Assembly: GCF_018977255.1 (NCBI RefSeq)
Contig: NW_024704742.1
Span: 8,062,001-8,126,000 of the forward strand
DNA: 64,000 nucleotides
Origin: Callorhinchus milii
Taxonomy: Eukaryota
Reading direction: 5' to 3'
The notes beneath the pieces were generated by a model. It was not told where the DNA came from. It worked only from the letters and a program-made list of their open reading frames with translations, and searched no databases. Each line of letters begins with the position of its first letter. Position 1 is the stretch's first letter. Shown here piece by piece: positions 13,466 to 25,085 of the stretch. The position numbers and the translations under genes are program-made.

Positions 13466-13845
13466 TGGAGTCCTGTAGCTCAGTGGTTACAGCACTCGCC
13501 TTACAAGCGAGTGGACCTGGGTTCGATTCCCGGCAGGGCGAAACGTTAGGCAAGTTTCCTTACTCCACACACACACACCTCTGTTTACCAAGCAGTAAGT
13601 AGGAACCCGGTTGTTGGTTGATTTGGGGATCACTTTTCCGTGGATGACAATTCAAAAAAATACATTAAATAAATTGATCACTCAATTCACGACTGTTTGT
13701 GGGACACTGCTGTGCGCAATTAGCTGCCGGGTTTCGCCCACAAATACACAGTCAACTCACTTTACAGTGTATTCTGTGAAGCACTTTGAGACGTCGAGAA
13801 GAAGTGATAAGGCGCTGTATCAAACGCAAGGATTGTTATTATTTT
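13466..13845 (+). mobile_element. tRNA-headed SINE, long form, full length
   Basis: GGAGTCCTGTAGCTCAGTGG..GGTTCGATTCCC (intact A and B boxes), body and tail. Confidence 0.92.
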
Positions 13846-16744
13846 AAGAATGAGTTATGAGGAAAGCCACACAGCACCTTCACAGTGTTTGAGCAAACCA
13901 CTGAAGCCAACACTTCCATCTCCCGAGACGCAAAGCACTGACTCATTAATCAAATTTTAACGCTCTCTTACAAATGTACTCTGTGACTCCAGGTAGAGTT
14001 TGCCTTTGACAAATATAGTTTCATTACACGTCCACATCTACTTCTCTCTTGAAACCCACAATGAACTCTGTCTTTACCACCTTAATGGGCAGGGCATTCC
14101 GCAGCCCAACAACTCTCTTGAGTGAAACAAATTTATCTTAAGCCCATCCATTGGCTCTTGTTGTGCCTACCTTGTTATTTTAAGCAATTCCACATGATTC
14201 AATGTAAATGTCACTGAAGGAGATATTGATAAAAAGACTTTTACGAAGCAGGATTCAATCTGATGCAAAATTGTTGTTCAAAGACACCAGTGTCAGTTCC
14301 AACTTAAATGTGAAGCTCCATTTGACTGACATGGGATCTCACCCGGGTGTCCATTTGGACTGAGTGCCAGGGAGACGCTGACGCACAGACCCTAGTCATT
14401 GGATAAGATGACATTTCCTATAACAATTTGGTTTGTGGAGAAACATTTGACACACTGGCTATTTGCACAATAAAATGACAATTAATTGGCCTTTTTTTAG
14501 CCTCGTCCTGTGCACCAGATTATAATAATCCTTGCATTTGATATAGACCTTATCACGTCTTCGAGACGTCTCAGAGCGCTTCACAGAATATAGTGTATAC
14601 ACTGTCAAATGAATTGACGGTGTATTTTGTGGGCTTTATTGGGCAGAGACCACAGGTGGTTTATAACACCGGAACCTTCAAACTGAAATCTAAACACAAC
14701 ACTGGATAGCGGTGTCTTAGGTAATGCACCTACTGCAAAACACCACACAAATGAGAGCATTCACACACAAAGGGCATTAGGAGCCGAGCATTAAAAAGCT
14801 GCTGTGAAGGTCGCTGGAGGGAAGGGAGAGAGAGAGAGAGAGAGAGAGCAGCTGAACAGACCCTGTCGCCAAGCCGTGCTCATCAAGATGACTTCCCATT
14901 GCAAGTGTCTTAGTGACATGCTTTACAAACCGCTGGCATCATTTGCTGCGAACTGAGTCGTCACATCTCAAAGAGGTACAATTCCTTGTTTTCATCAGGA
15001 CAAATTGTGCCAAATCTCCCCGAGTCACTTGCAATGTGGGACGGCGTTCTTGGTGACAAAGCTGCACGACCGCAGACGGGAAAAAAAAGAAGTCGAACAA
15101 TTTTCTAAACGCTCCTACGAAGCAACGAGGTCTATTAAAAGCGCCGGAGGAAAAGGCACGGGGGAGGAGAGGGGCTCAAACCTGAAAACAATAGTGATGG
15201 ATATGCGTTGGGGAATCGATAATTATCTAATTCTACCAATTTAGAATTGTTCCATTCATAAATGTTGTGAAATGTTGCGCATTTCCCCTCATTGTACATG
15301 AAAATAAACACAAGTGCTGAATGTATTAGCCTCATTCACCTTTACAATACAGCACATCTATATTCTTTGTATATATATATACAGAAATTATTATTACCCA
15401 GGAGTAATAATGCCTTCAAAAAACAATAGTAATAATAAATCGGTCACTTCAATCCATGACTGTTTGTGGGACACTGCTGTGCGTAATTGGCTGTCATGTT
15501 TCGCCCCACAAAATAAATATACAGTCAATTCACTTTACAGTCTATTCTGTGAAGCACTTTGAGACGTCTTGAAGACGTGATAAGGCGCTATATCGAATGC
15601 AAGGATTATTATTATTATTGTAAGCAATTCACATCTGTTATGAAATCTGGGTTCTCCAAAGTATGACAACATAATAAAAAGTGGATTAAAGATTAAAACT
15701 CATTTTCTCATTGTGTAAGCAGCTGATATGTCAATTATCTATGGCTGCAACATATTGCCTTGTATTGTAACCTGGGTGTCATGTTAGAGACTGATTATCG
15801 GGCATCTTCAAGGACAAATGACATGCTCTGTGTTTGAGGATGAGTGTTACCTTGCACTGACCTCTCGTGGATGGAACTGTAAATGGCATGTGATATGACA
15901 ACCTGAAGGGTCAGGACCACCACAGGGAGATAGGAATTGCAGCATCGTAGGAGGTCGTTCAGCTCATCGAGCCTAAGATGGTGGTGGCTCACTTACTGGA
16001 GCTAACTACTTTCATCCCGAAAAGACGATAGAGAAAAGAGGAGCAGTAATGCACTGCAAATACAATAGCAATTTGCATTTATATTGGGCCTTTCAGGCCA
16101 GGAGGAATTCTCAATACGCTTTGCATAGTTTCTTCGGCACCAGAGCTGGAGACGGCAGAGGGCGTGGAGCTGAGTAAACGGGGTGGTGGGGAGAGGCACG
16201 GTAACGACTGAAAACTGAAAGCGCGGTCAAAAAAATAGGTCTTAAAGCTTTAAAGGTGGTCATGGATGGGGCGAGTCAGAGGGAAGATGGAATGGAGCTC
16301 CAAGGAGTGGGGGCTGAATGATTGAAAGCTCATCGGGTGAATTGGTTGGGAGATATGAAGTAGGCCAGTGATCTTAATAAATAAGACGCTGATACAAGAG
16401 TACAGCCCACAAATATACGGTCAATTCACTTTACAGTCTATTCTGTGAAGCGCTTTGAGATGTCTCGAAGACGCGAAAAGCGCTATATCAAATGCAAGGA
16501 TTATTATTTATTATTATTATTATTAGAGTGTGAATAGACTGTAGACTTGTGTGTAATTTGCTAATTGAAATGTTCACTCCTACGCAGATGCATTTGTTTT
16601 TCAGAGGATTTATTTTCCCTTCACAGAAGAAATGTTTTTTTTTATTCCATCATTTATTTGTTTCTTAATCTCCCTTTTATGTTTTTTTCTCTTGAAAACT
16701 GACACAGTATTAAAATAGTAACAGTGAACCTATTGTTCGATTTA

Positions 16745-17120
16745 GCTCCTTGTCACATCATTGAAATGTCTCAAAGTGCTTCACAGGATTTACTGTAAAG
16801 TGTATTTTATGGGCAAATGTGACAGCCAATTTTGCACAGAGCAATGTCCCACAACAGCTATGAAGTAATTAATCAATTTGTATCTGGGAAAATGTTGGCG
16901 AGGACACGGGGAAAAACCTGGTGCTACCGGATCTATAACATCAAACTGATGTTGGCCTCTGTCCAACACCTCTCCGAAGGACATCACCTCTGACAATTCA
17001 GACCTCCCCCGCACTACACTGCGATCACCATTGACTATAATCTGAAAATCCCAACGTGGAGTTTAATCCCCACGACCTTCAGACTCAGAGGCAAGAGTTC
17101 TACCAACTGAGCCAATCTGA
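16745..17120 (-). mobile_element. Old Deu-domain SINE
   Basis: Reverse-complement match to 6224-6672. Confidence 0.65.
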
Positions 17121-17741
17121 CATAAATTAGGATTTGCCTTTTACTTAAATGACAAATCATTGGAATAACATTCTACTGCTTTATTTAACTGTCCGACTGT
17201 TTGTGGGACACTGCTGGGTGCAATTGGCTGCCCTGTTTTGCCCGCAAAATATACGGTCAATTCACTTTACAGTATATTCTGTGAAAGCACTTTGAGACGT
17301 CTCGAAGACGTGATAAGGCGCTATATTAAATGCAAGGATCATCATTATTATTAGTACGTCAGTCAGTCGGTTATAATTTCTTGTTGAGTTTATGCTTCAC
17401 ACCAGTCAAATGAGAGGATGTGGTGGACGCGGGATTCATACTTGCTTTCAAGTGGGAGCTAGATAGATATCAGAAAAGGAATAATTTGCAGGCGTTATGG
17501 AGAAAAGGCAGATAAATGTGATTTAGTGGATTGCTCTTTGAAAGAGCCAACACAGACATGATGAGCCAAATAACCTTCTTCTACAGGTATGTTTCTAAGT
17601 ACACTCCTGTTCCCCAGTAAATTAGACAGGAAGATACAGGTCTGGAAAATGATCATTGTGGTGACTCTCATCTGGCCAACGTCACAGTAAAAACAAATTA
17701 AAACAAAATAATAATAATAATCCTTGAATTCGATTTATTGA

Positions 17742-18150
17742 GAGCACCTGGGATCGATTCTTGGACAGGGCGAAACGTTGGGTAAGTTTCCTTATTCCAC
17801 ATGCTTCTGTTTACATAGCAGTAAGTAGGAATCCGGTTGTTAGTCAATTTGGCAGATGGCTTTTCCGGGAGTAATAATCCCTTCAAACTAAAATAATGTT
17901 AATAATAATTTGGTCACTCAATCCATGACTGTTTGTGGGACGTTGCTATGCGCAATTGGCTGCCGAGTTTCGTCCACAAAATATACAGTATATTCTGTGA
18001 AGCTCTTTGAGACGTCTTGAAGACGAGATAAGGCACTATATTCAAAAGCAAGTATTATTATTATTCTTATATAGCGCATTATCACATTGTTGAGACATCT
18101 CAAAGCACTTCACAGGATATACTGTAAAGTGGAGTAACTGTGTATTTTGT
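17742..18150 (+). mobile_element. tRNA-headed SINE (long form) followed by an inverted SINE tail
   Basis: Family body at 17742-18070; reverse-strand tail at 18070-18155. Confidence 0.8.
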
Positions 18151-18756
18151 GGGAAAATCCTACACTACTTTATCTTCAACAAATATCTATCTATTTCCAT
18201 CTTGAAATATCTGACACAATAAATTATATTCTACATTCCTAACTTTTTTAGCTCTCTTTGCAGCTCGCCCTATGACTAAAAGGGCAACGAGGCATCTTTC
18301 CCTGAGGGATCTGCCAATGCCACTGTACCTGGCTGGGAAAACATTCTTTGAGAAAGTTCCTTCTATTACGTGGACCAGTCTGAATGTCACTTGCTTCACC
18401 CTCTGGTGGCGTGATGTGAGATTAACCGCACATCAACACGGTTCGACCCTGGGTAAGAAGGTTCAATTCATTCTACAATGCATTGAAAGAGCCAAAGACA
18501 CATAGCATTACGATGCTGCCCAATAAGCAAAGCATTCTCAATGCGCATAATAATTTGGTCACTCAACCCGCGACTCTTTGTGGGACACTGATGTGAGCAA
18601 TTGGCTGCCGCGTTTCGCCCACAAAACACACAGTCCATTCACTTTGTAGTATATTCTGTGAAGCGCTTTGAGATGTCTCGAAGACGTGATAAGGCGCTTG
18701 TCAAATGCGAGGATTATTATTGTTATTATTATTATTACTGCAGTTTGACTGGAAAT

Positions 18757-19800
18757 TACAACAGCAAAATTACATTTGTAAAGTGCCTTTCACATTGGGA
18801 GGACGTCCCAAGGCCCTGAACAAGAAAAGGACAGTAGAGGGTCGAACAAGACGCCCAGGTTCCTAACTGGTTTGGTGAGGTGGAGTGTGCAACCGTGGAT
18901 GCTGATACTGCCAGTGCCTGAGGTGCTGAGGCTCTGGCGCGAGCCAATCAAGATAGACTCGGTCTTGCTGACATACAGCTGTAGAAAGTTGACTCTCATC
19001 CAGGACTTGATGTCAGACAGACAGTCTGTCAGGACATCAGTTGTCCTGGAATCTAGGGTGGAGGCAGAGAGATAGAGTTGGGTGTCATCCTCGTACATGT
19101 GGAAGTTGACCCCATGTCCGCAGATGATGTCACTAAGGGGGAGCATGTAGAGGTTGAAGAGGAGGGGAACGAGGACATAGTCCTGAGGAACACCACACAA
19201 GACTGTGCGGAGGCTGGAAGAGAAACCGTTGACAGAGACAAATTGGAGGCAGTGTGAGAGATAAGACCTGAACCATTCAAGGACAGAACCTTGAAGATTG
19301 AGGTGAGAGGAGAGGCTGTGGAGGAGGATGGAGTGGTCCACAGTATCGAAAACTGCAGAGAGGTCAAGGAGGACGAGGAGGCAGAGGGAGCCCTGGTCAC
19401 AGATGGACAAAATGTTGTTTGTCATCTTGACCAGAGCAGTTTCCGTGCTGTGAGCAGGGATGAAGGTGGGGGAGGGCTTGGGGGGGCGGTAGATGAGGAG
19501 AATGCTGCTGTGAGCAGCACAGAAACCCAATTGGAGGGGCTCGTGAAGGGAGTGGTAGGAGAGGAATGAGCGAAGCTGGGAAGCAATGATTCTTTCAAGG
19601 AATTTCAAAAGAAAAGGGGGGGTTGAAGATGGGCCAGTAGTTAGAAGGCAGTGATGGGTCCAGGGAAGGTTTTTTCAGGATGGGGGTGATTGTAGCTGTT
19701 TTTAGGGGGATGGGAACGGTGCCAGATGAAAGGGAGAGATTGACGGTGTCGGAGAGTAGAGGGGGGAGGAGGTGGAGCTGGGAGGTAAGGAGAGGGGTGG
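18757..19800 (-). mobile_element. L2 LINE RT fragment with internal deletion
   Basis: ORF 18790..19608: HSTETALVKMTNNIL..LLDLSAVFDTVDH..GVPQ..YEDDTQLY..NLGVLFD joined directly to the 3' tail; upstream LKTATITPILKKPSLDP. Confidence 0.92.
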
Positions 19801-22048
19801 ATTTGCAAATGTGTTCATTTGCTACCAAATTTGAGAACAAATTTAATAAAAACAAAACTGTGGAAAAATCACAATTATGAAAAACAATCATGGCCGTTTC
19901 GCTTCTCTATCATTTTGTTTGAGTTTTTTGGGACGTTCTCTCAGCTGTGAAAGAATATGATTTCTCTCGGTTCAATTAGTTCTGGGAAGTACAACTTTAG
20001 CTCAAACCAAATTGAGCTTTGAGCTGCACTGGCAGTTTTCTTTTCCCTCTTCGCTTGGGCCTCTCGGTTGATCTGATTGACACTTTTCAGTGCAAGTGAA
20101 ACATAATTGGAAATTTCTGGCATTTGTTCAAACAGAAACGTAGAGTTAAATGTCGAGAATCAACCACCTTGGGCTGAATCGACAGAAAAAGCTCCCGGCC
20201 AGACCTGGGAATCAAGAACGGAGGAAGCGAGATTAAGAAAAGTCTAATTCCATCTTTCAGAAGCAAAGGAGCTCTCTCTTTGTTCCAGTATTAGGAACCC
20301 ATTTGTTAATCAATAGCACACTAATGGGGTTGGGAATGGGATTCTTAAACCTGTCTCCTCAATGGGACCAATTTGAAAGCTATGCAGCTCCAGTCAATAT
20401 TGATTATTGATAATGTCCATCACTCTCCCTTTAAACACAACACATCTTACACAGAACTTTACACATCGGCATATTACACAGTGCTAATGCGACTCTTAAA
20501 TGGTTGAGAACGAGAGGTCTCGTGTCACGGCAACAGAGGAAGAATCGGTAAGTAATGTTTTCTTTATAGATCCAGCAATGATTTTCATCTACTATCTGAG
20601 AGAAGAATTGAAACTCTGAGGTCGGGCCACAACACCACCCAACATGTCTAACCACTAATGCAGTGTTCCCAACACAGCAATAGCTCTTGAGCTTAAGGAT
20701 TGTTTAAATTGAGAAATTCAGTGACTCTGTATTTTTGTAAGCAAACGTGGCAGCCAATTTGAGTACAGGAACTCTCCACAAACCCCGTTGTTAAAGTCGA
20801 TTGGCAAATCGCTTTTCCGGGGGTAATATTCCCTTAAAAATAATTAGTCACTCAATCCACGACTGTATGTGGGACACTACCGTGCGCAAATAGCTGCCGC
20901 GGTATTCGCTTTACAGTATATTCTGTGAAGCCCTTTGAGACATCTCGAAGACGTGATAAGGTGCTATATCAAATGCAAGGATTATAATTATTATAAAGTG
21001 AGTTTTAATTGAGGGATTGTTGCCCAGGACCCCAGGAGAAACTCCTTTCTCTTTTCGAATACTGCTATAGGGTCTTTAACATCCATCTGGACAGACAGAC
21101 AGGAATCGGTTTAATATCTCATCTGAAGGACAGGTTCTAAAGCTATTGAAACATCCAGGCCCCAACTCATAGCTGCTGGGGGAACACAGTGTGGATGCCA
21201 ATGTGAAAGAGCAGAAGTCAAAACAGAGGACTACATTCCATGACAAGATATTTTGTCCTGAGGTGTCTGACTCACTTTGATATCTAAATTGATATCTCGC
21301 TGATGCCGAGCACTGGGATTGTGCTGAGTGAATAGTGACAAAGGTTTTTCCTCCACAGTAATCTGCTCACTGCCCACTTCCCTGTAGGATTTTGGCAGTT
21401 AGGCAGGGAGTGAAAAGAAGAGATTGTAATAGTTACTGTTTCCAAACGTTTTGTCCTAAAATTGCAATTAGATTTTTCCCTTTGGTTGACAAAGGCAACC
21501 AACACCCAATGATCTCTAATAACCCTTGCGCTGGATCTAGCGCCTTATCACATCTTTGCGACGTCTCAAAGCGCTTCACAGAATGTACTGTAAAATGTAG
21601 TGACTGTGGGTTTTATGGAAGAAACGATGCAAAATTAATGGCAGTTGCATTCTTATTATGAATGTTTGCAAATCATTGGAAAATAGAACGAACCACAACT
21701 TGCATTTATATAGCACGGGGTAGCGTCTCAGACAGTGGCGGAGATTGACACCAAGCCTGGGGGCCACGAGGGGTGGCAATGTCAAAGAGAATGTGTTAGA
21801 CCCCCACCCACCGATAGCTTTGAAAAATGACGCTGAATTGAGTCAGGTTGTTAGATTGCCTGTGCGGGGTGGATGTTTACCACAAGGGACTTTCACCCCA
21901 GCGACACGGCTTTGAATTTACCCCGGACCGATCAGAGAAACCCTCTCTCTTTCTCTCTCTCTGAGGGATAGATGAAACCACTTTGGGCAGTGAGTGAGCT
22001 TGAGGCAAAAATTACCCTTAATTTGTCACGAAATTAGCAATGAGCCCT

Positions 22049-22049
<1 letters not shown>

Positions 22050-22084
<35 letters not shown>
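22050..22084. repeat. (GA)n microsatellite
   Basis: Perfect GA run. Confidence 0.95.
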
Positions 22085-22085
<1 letters not shown>

Positions 22086-22248
22086 CCACGAGACAGCTGT
22101 TGTTGGAAAAACTGAAAGGTGCTCAGAGGTTTAGGCTGAGGCGTGGTTGCTGGGGCAGAACAGAGGAGCCAACAGCCCAAGTCATCGAACCTCATTCAGA
22201 CACAATGTGCGTTTCCTATCGTTGCTGCTGGTTGACTGAAAAGGAATG

Positions 22249-22563
22249 TAATAATAATAATCCTTGCATTTGATATAGCGCTTTTCATGTCTTCTCGACG
22301 TCTCAAAGCGCTTCACAGAATAGACTGTAAAGTGAATTATCTATATACTTGTGGGCAAAACATGGCAGCCAATTGCGCACAGCAGCGTTCCGCAAACAGT
22401 CGTGGATTGACTGACCCAATTTATTATTGTTTTTTTTTCTTGAGGGATTATTATCAGGCGTGTGGAGTAAGGAAACTTGCCCAAAGTTTCACCCTGCCGG
22501 GTATCGAAACCAGGTCTCCCGCTTGCGAGGCGAGTGCTCTAACCACCGAGCTACAGGGACTCC
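22249..22563 (-). mobile_element. tRNA-headed SINE, short form, full length
   Basis: Head, CCACACGCCTGATAATAATCCCTCAAG junction, and tail. Confidence 0.9.
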
Positions 22564-24589
22564 AAAGTGTTCCATTCCCCGGCACTAACGACCCTCCTTG
22601 AGAGGAGCATTGCATTCGCACGCACCATAAATAAAAATATCAACCTCCTCAGAGCACCAGATAAAAAACGAGTTCATTCCGTGTTGTGCGTTGTCTCATG
22701 AAACCGAGCCAGTCTAGTTAGTATGCACAGCCTGATTCCAGTCCAGCTGCAAAATTATACAGAGTAATCATCTTTCTCATGCTAACCGTGAGAAATCAGA
22801 TCCCATCCACTGCAGCTTGTTTCTCTTTGCACCTATTCAAACTCTATAATTAGCGCCTCTTCATAGATTATTTTTACATTTGTATTACTTAATTAATCCC
22901 GGACCTGATTTCGTTCAACTCCAAAAAGTGTGTCAGGTTGATTCAGTCGATGCACTTTTGCGAAATCCTGACTTCCTGAAGCCGCCTGACTCCAAGTGAT
23001 CCGTTTGTTGTGAGCGTCCTACAGCTACGACAGCACGTTCACCCACGGGATGTTGAGCACACACAGTCGAGGCTGACGCTCCAGTGTAGTGTTGGGGAGG
23101 TGCTGGGTTGTCAGTGCCGGCATCCTTCAGATGCGACATTAAGCCTCTGTTTTCCCAGCAGGAAGTTGGACAGAGTAGGTTGTTAGTGCTACCAGCTCAG
23201 CACGTTGACACACGATGAATTTATCAATGGGGTTTCCAGCTTCATGCCTCATTTCTTCATTAAATAGCAGAATAACATTTACCATCCTTGATTTCTCAGG
23301 TTGGGCTGCAGTATTTACGGAGCTCCTAAAATAGCATTAGATGGAATTAATAGAACGTTTATTGTGTCAGGAGATATTAAGGTGAGTGAGAAAGGGCCCA
23401 AGGGCCCAACTATAATGAAGCTCTTTCTCTCTATGTTCAGTTTTAAATATGTACACCCAGAAATAAATGGCACCGTCTGTCTAAACTGTGCTGAAACAAT
23501 CCCTGTTCAGATAAGTAAATAATTCAAATAACTGATTTCACATGAGATCCAGTGAAATGTTTTAATTCAGTGTCGGAACCGATATAAAGTGCAATAAAAT
23601 AATAGCGCACGAGACATGATGAGGAGTCCAGCGGATTCGATTAAACTGGTCAATTCAGATGAATGGGGTTCGGATGAATGGCTTGCAACCGGAGGGAAGT
23701 GATTTTAATCACACACTACAAACATCAACTGGAGCAGTAATGCTGGAGTGATAAGCTGCTGACATGAGTATGTCAAGAAATGTGTGTTACATCTGCCATT
23801 GTTGGACATTTGAGATCACTTCTGCAGTCTGAGGCGGTGAATTGTTTCGAGCTGTCCTTAAACCCTGCAGCCTGTGGGCAAAATTATATTCATTCAGCCC
23901 TGCTGACACTATGGAGCAGCACAAGAAGATCCCCATTTATTTTTCACTGATAAATAAAAATAATAATCCTAGCACTTGGTATAGCGCCTTATCACGTCTT
24001 CGAGACATCTCAAAGTGCTTCACGGGATATACTGTAAAGTTTTTCAGGGCGAACCACAGTAGCCAATCGCACACAGCAGTGTCCCACAAATTGGATTGAG
24101 TGATCAATTTATTATTATTAGAATACTAGTACAGGTTGCAAAGTACTGTACAAGGTTAACAGAGGTGAGGGTTAGCATTTTAGGCACTTGTTAAAAGCCA
24201 GTGTTTGGTTAGAAACATTTATCATGAATTAATATTTAATTGTTGAGAGGACAGTAAGGTGGGTATTCTGAAGGATGATATCAAATAGGTCAAAGAACCT
24301 TCGTCATCCAAACCAATCTGCTAACCTGCATCGAATACCTTTTAGTGATTAGATAAGATGGGTACTTCCTCCGAGAGAGAAAGTGCACTCCATTCTAGTT
24401 AAAGGGAAGTTTCTTTGCATGAGTGGATATCAGACTGGTTAGTTCCTCTTAAGCATAGTGATGGGTTTATTTGAGTGTCCCTGCTTACCCCCCTCCCCCA
24501 CCCCCCAATAAATTCCAGCCATTTTTGTAGTTTGTAATGGTATTTCCCAGCCTTTAACATGCTCCAGACCAGCTATTATCTATGCGCAA

Positions 24590-25085
24590 TGGCAACAATC
24601 AATTTGCACACAGCAATGTCCCACAGCCACGGAGTTAATAACCAATTTTATTTAGGGGATTCGCTGGGAACACTCAGCAGAAAGGTCATCGACCTGAAAC
24701 GTTAACTGACTTTCCTCTCTCTATAGATGCTGCCTGACTTGCTGAGTGTTCCCAGCGACTTCCGTTTTCAGTTCAGATTTCCAGCATCTGCAGTATTTTG
24801 CCTTTTATTTGGGGGGTTGTTGGCCAGGGCACTGGGAGAAACTCTCTTCTTCTCTTCACAAATAGTGCTTGAGATCTTTAACGTCCATCTGAACAGGCAA
24901 ACATTGCTTCATTTTAACAGTTAAACAGCCCATCTGAAGGACGGAACTGCCAACAATGCAGCAATACCCCCAGCGCTGCACTGGAGTGTCAGCCTAGACT
25001 ATATGGGTTCCATATCCTGATGTGGGGCTTCAAACCACAACCATCTGACTCAGAGGTGAGAGTGAGACCAATTGACCCAGACTCG
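24590..25085 (-). mobile_element. Old Deu-domain SINE interrupted by the Penelope remnant
   Basis: Reverse match to 6224-6672 on both sides of 24661-24810. Confidence 0.7.
24661..24810 (+). mobile_element. Penelope terminal-repeat remnant inserted in a DeuSINE
   Basis: TCGCTGGGAACACTCAGCA inverted against TGCTGAGTGTTCCCAGCGA; contains AGGTCATCGACCTGAAACGTTAACT. Confidence 0.7.

Noticed and set aside
13466..13540. tRNA-like cloverleafs (also 7755, 37299, 45375, 49920, 51503)
   Set aside because: They run directly into SINE bodies and have variable anticodon loops (CGC, TGC, TAC, GTC), so they are SINE heads rather than tRNA genes.
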